Shown piece by piece: positions 17,493 to 20,406 of a stretch of 20,406 bases of DNA. Below the pieces are notes generated by a model. That model was not told where the DNA came from. It ran no database searches and was given only the letters and a program-made list of their open reading frames with translations. This DNA is from Candidatus Hodarchaeaceae archaeon. GTDB taxonomy: Archaea; Hadarchaeota; Hadarchaeia; Hadarchaeales; Hadarchaeaceae. Numbering within the stretch: the first letter of the stretch is position 1; each line of letters starts with the position of its first letter. The translations under genes were made by a program, and so were the position numbers. Location of the stretch: the NCBI GenBank assembly GCA_030018135.1, contig JASEGJ010000019.1:1-20406 (forward strand). Reading direction: 5' to 3'.

Positions 17493-17596
17493 GGGCCCGT
17501 AGTCTAGCCTGGACAATGTTCAACATCCGGATAGGACACCAGCCTGCGGTCGTTGGCAGCGAGCTGGCGACCCGGGTTCGAATCCCGGCGGGCCCG
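17493..17596 (+). tRNA. tRNA-Arg(GCG) with two introns (17515-17532 in the D-loop, 20a/21; 17550-17561 at 37/38)
   Basis: Spliced product: GGGCCCG TA GTCT AGCCTGGACA GGAC A CCAGC CTGCGGA GCTGG CGAC CCGGG TTCGAAT CCCGG CGGGCCC G. BHB central helices CUGG/CCGG and CUGC/GCAG with 3-nt bulges. Confidence 0.9.
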
Positions 17597-17599
17597 TCA

Positions 17600-18361
17600 T
17601 CAAACCTTCAGCATTTTCGCCAACTGTGGTGCGTTATCGTACATGAAGTAATTATTGAACATGATGTAGATCTCCCGATGTTTTTCTGCCAACGCTTTGG
17701 CCTTCGTCGCCAGTTGTTTTAGCTCGGTGACCGAATACCTGTAGTTGTAATCGTATTCGCGAGGGTTTAGCCCGTGTAGCCGGATGTAAGCAATCGAATG
17801 TTTGGAGACGGGTTCGCGGCGCATCAAATCAACGACATGCACGAGCTCGAGTTCCCCGCACAGCCTCTCGATCTCATCCGGATGCTCCCTCCAGTCGCCT
17901 CGAGGTTCCCAAGCCAGCGCCAGCTTGCCTCTGTCGATCTTCGAGAAGAACTTGCGCATATTCACGATGTTCTCGGAACTGCACTTGAAGTTCGGTGGGC
18001 ATTGGATCACACAGACTTTGGCTTCAAGGGCATCGCAGATTTCCTTCGTGCGGCGCCAGGCCTCGAAGTTTTCGCGCGTCGGGCGAAGCCAGCCATATTT
18101 GTCCCTCTGCGCCTCGGTCACCTGCAGCCCCGAGCGGCGCCAGGTCGGGCTGGTCGGCAGGTGCGTGATTGCCTGCCATGCCTTGAGGGTGAACTCGAAG
18201 TCCTTCGGCACCTCCGCACGCCATCGCTGGGCGGTCTTGAGCATCGGCAGCTTGTAGAAGGTCTGCTGGACCTCGACCAGCGCGAACTTCCGCGCGTAGG
18301 CCCTGAGGCCGCCTGAGAAGAAGCCCCAGCCGCAACAGCCCACCTTGATAGGCATAGCCAT
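17600..18361 (-). CDS. DUF72 family protein
   Basis: IKVGCCGW, VEVQQTFYKLP, FTLKAWQAITH, QCPP, WEPRG, YIRLHG, MFNN. Confidence 0.93.
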   Translation of the reverse strand: MAMPIKVGCCGWGFFSGGLRAYARKFALVEVQQTFYKLPMLKTAQRWRAEVPKDFEFTLKAWQAITHLPTSPTWRRSGLQVTEAQRDKYGWLRPTRENFEAWRRTKEICDALEAKVCVIQCPPNFKCSSENIVNMRKFFSKIDRGKLALAWEPRGDWREHPDEIERLCGELELVHVVDLMRREPVSKHSIAYIRLHGLNPREYDYNYRYSVTELKQLATKAKALAEKHREIYIMFNNYFMYDNAPQLAKMLKV

Positions 18362-19321
18362 CTATCGCCCGAGCTTGGATTTGGCCAACCGCTCCCTGAC
18401 GGCCGCCACCACGAGCGGGAATATCAAGCTCGCGTCGCCTATGACCTGAACGGCCCTCGCGCGGCCGCCCACCTTGCCCCACGATTTAGCCTCCTCGAGC
18501 GTGGCCCCGCTGAGGCCCCCTGGCTCGGGGCGGTCCATGGTTATCTGCACCGCGTAGTCGTAGCCCCCGCGTTTGACGACGATCATCGCCTGCAGGATGA
18601 AGTTCTTCGGCACGCCCCCGCCGAGCAGGATGGCGCCGTTGCGTTTGGCCTTGCGAACGATCTCCATGAAGTCGTTCAAATCAGCGAACGCGTCGACGCA
18701 GAGGTCCGGGTTGTGCTTCGTTTTAAACCGCCAAACATCCAAGCCTATCGCCGAGTCCGCAATCGCCGGGCAGAATATGGGCAGCTTGCGATCGGCCGCC
18801 GCGCGGAGGATCGAGTTGGGGTCATCGATTCGCTTCCCCATTTCATAAAGGAACTCCCGAATCGACATCCGCTTGGACGGCAGCCCTTCGAGAAGTTTTA
18901 TGAAGCGATCGTCGTACATGCAGAAGTCCTTTTCATGGAGGAAGACGTCATAGATGCGGTCTATCTGCAGCTTGTGGAGTTCCGCGTCGTCCACCATCGC
19001 GTTGCCCTTGTAGTGCGATGCCCCGAACGCCTCGATCATGTCATGGACCATGTTCGCGCCGGTCGTCACGAGCACGTCGATGAGGCGGTCGCGTATGAGG
19101 TCCGTGATTATCCGCCGCATGCCCCCCGGCACCAGCGCGCCCGCTAGGCCCAAATAGGTGGTGACGTCCCTTCGCGAGACCATTTCATAAACGATGTCCG
19201 TCGCCTCGGCTATTCGACCTGCGCAGAAGACGCCGGACTTGCCGAACTCTTGCACAAGCTCGTCGACGGTCATGTTGCCTCCGACTTCTATGTGCTTTAT
19301 GCGCTTCGTCCGTTTTTTCAC
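18362..19321 (-). CDS. dhs: Deoxyhypusine synthase
   Basis: LVTTGANMVHD, PAIADS, LGGGVPKN, GGLSGATLEEAKSWGK, GDASLIFP. Confidence 0.95.
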   Translation of the reverse strand: MKKRTKRIKHIEVGGNMTVDELVQEFGKSGVFCAGRIAEATDIVYEMVSRRDVTTYLGLAGALVPGGMRRIITDLIRDRLIDVLVTTGANMVHDMIEAFGASHYKGNAMVDDAELHKLQIDRIYDVFLHEKDFCMYDDRFIKLLEGLPSKRMSIREFLYEMGKRIDDPNSILRAAADRKLPIFCPAIADSAIGLDVWRFKTKHNPDLCVDAFADLNDFMEIVRKAKRNGAILLGGGVPKNFILQAMIVVKRGGYDYAVQITMDRPEPGGLSGATLEEAKSWGKVGGRARAVQVIGDASLIFPLVVAAVRERLAKSKLGR

Positions 19322-19633
19322 GATGGTACCCAGCCACCATTGAGTTCATGTTAAATAAAATTTTTGATTACTTTCGTTGGGCCCAAGTTACGGCTGAAAA
19401 GATGATGTGCACACAGCGCATGCGCAATGAAAGGCTTTGCAATGGATTTTCCAATTCAAAAGCAGCGGGAATTGGAGGGTCCCGAGTTGGGTCAGGGATG
19501 AGCCACATCCGTTAAAAGAATTCATCGGGACGTTAGCTGATGGCGAGGGAACCCATACCCTACGCACGTAGGCTTCTCGCACCCAAAGAAAACAAAAAGA
19601 CTTAAACGATTCTTTACCCTTTGTCGTAATGGT

Positions 19634-19817
19634 GCGGAGGTAACTCAGCCATTTGGCTCGGCGAAAAGGCCTCCAAACTGAAATGGGAGTTCGGGGTGAA
19701 CCCGACCCAAAAGTGTCGGACCTCGTCGAGAAAAATCGCGAGGGACAAAACTGAAGTTCCCAGCAATGGGACGCGGGCATCCGAATGTCACGGGTTCAAA
19801 TCCCGTCCTCCGCACCA
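19634..19817 (+). tRNA. tRNA-Phe(GAA) with four introns (19651-19683, 19690-19711, 19720-19749, 19757-19778), CCA encoded
   Basis: The spliced 77-nt product is a perfect cloverleaf: GCGGAGG TA ACTC AGCCTGGGA GAGT G TCGGA CTGAAGA TCCGA ATGTC ACGGG TTCAAAT CCCGT CCTCCGC ACCA. Three junctions form BHB motifs and one is relaxed. Confidence 0.88.
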
Positions 19818-19846
19818 TAGTCATCACGAAGCAGATTAGCTATATA

Positions 19847-20406
19847 GGGGTGTGCAAAATTCCTTTGTTTTTGCCGTTGATGACTATTCATGCAAGCGGT
19901 TGAGCTAGCAAGGCTAGTTGTCAACAAGACCATCGTTGAAGAGCGCAGAGGAAGGGGCAGGAAAGGCTACGGCCGCCTTCCGGCGGCGAGGCTTTTAGTC
20001 TACGCGCAGCTGAAGGGCATCCACAAGGACGAGCCGCTCGAGAAGCACTTGAGGAAAAACCGAGGCGTTGCGAAAGCCCTCGGCCTGAAAGGCATTCCCG
20101 ATCGGACGACGATAGGTAGGTGGAGAAGGAGGCTGGAGCCCGTCGTCCGGGAGGCCGTAGAGAAGCTGGCGGGTCTCATCGCGACGCTCGCGCCGACGGA
20201 GCTCCTGGTCGTCGACTCGACGCCGCTCGAGGACCGGAGAGACCCTGAGGCGAGGGTTGGCTTCTACTCGCGAGGACCGTTCAAGGGCTTTAAGGTGCAC
20301 GTTTCGGTGGATCAGCTCGGATTGCCCCGAAAAGCGCTGGTAACGCCCGGAAACAGGCACGATTCGCCCCTTCTGCCAGAGTTGATCTGCGAACAGGAGG
20401 CAAAGG
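19847..20406 (+). mobile_element. DDE insertion sequence (IS5/IS4-like), left part
   Basis: Putative terminal repeat GGGGTGTGCAAAA at about 19847, 43 bp upstream of the transposase; the right end is outside the window. Confidence 0.6.
19890..20406 (+). CDS. DDE transposase (DDE_Tnp_1 type), 3' truncated by the window
   Basis: Not in the ORF track; hand translation MQAVELARL...RGRKGY...LGLKGIPDRTTIGRW...LVVDSTPL..DPEARVG...GFKVHVSVD...VTPGNRHDSPLL. Confidence 0.88.
   Translation, partial: MQAVELARLVVNKTIVEERRGRGRKGYGRLPAARLLVYAQLKGIHKDEPLEKHLRKNRGVAKALGLKGIPDRTTIGRWRRRLEPVVREAVEKLAGLIATLAPTELLVVDSTPLEDRRDPEARVGFYSRGPFKGFKVHVSVDQLGLPRKALVTPGNRHDSPLLPELICEQEAK

Noticed and set aside
19360-19432. 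C/D box sRNA (CTGA...GATGATG)
   Set aside because: The C and D boxes are degenerate and the guide spacing is too long for a confident call.
19388-19827. Minus-strand ORFs and a possible minus-strand tRNA ending in CCTCCGCACCA
   Set aside because: They are antisense to tRNA-Phe; the T-loop TTCAAAT and the BHB motifs work only on the plus strand.

Overview
GC-rich archaeal window, judged from BHB-intron tRNAs, EF-1beta, a DUF1610 Zn-ribbon gene, deoxyhypusine synthase and archaeal ATPases; the lineage cannot be fixed from this sequence. The left 12 kb is a minus-strand cluster of secreted/surface proteins: a PLC/S1-P1 nuclease-like enzyme, a multidomain subtilase, two duplicated membrane-anchored Ig-like proteins and a 1064-aa adhesin-like protein. 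It is interrupted by ATPase and toxin-antitoxin genes. The middle (12.8-16.8 kb) is a decayed accessory zone with IS200/IS605 remnants, including a likely orphan TnpB right-end/omegaRNA, vapC, CDF and PAPS-reductase fragments, and a solo Cas2-like gene bracketed by five 14-bp palindromic repeats. The right end holds housekeeping genes, a two-intron tRNA-Arg(GCG), a tRNA-Phe(GAA) that I reconstruct with FOUR introns, and a DDE-type IS. The top candidates are the four-intron tRNA-Phe with overlapping splice motifs and the Cas2-like/short-palindrome mini-array locus. All family assignments come from motif recognition by eye, not database searches.
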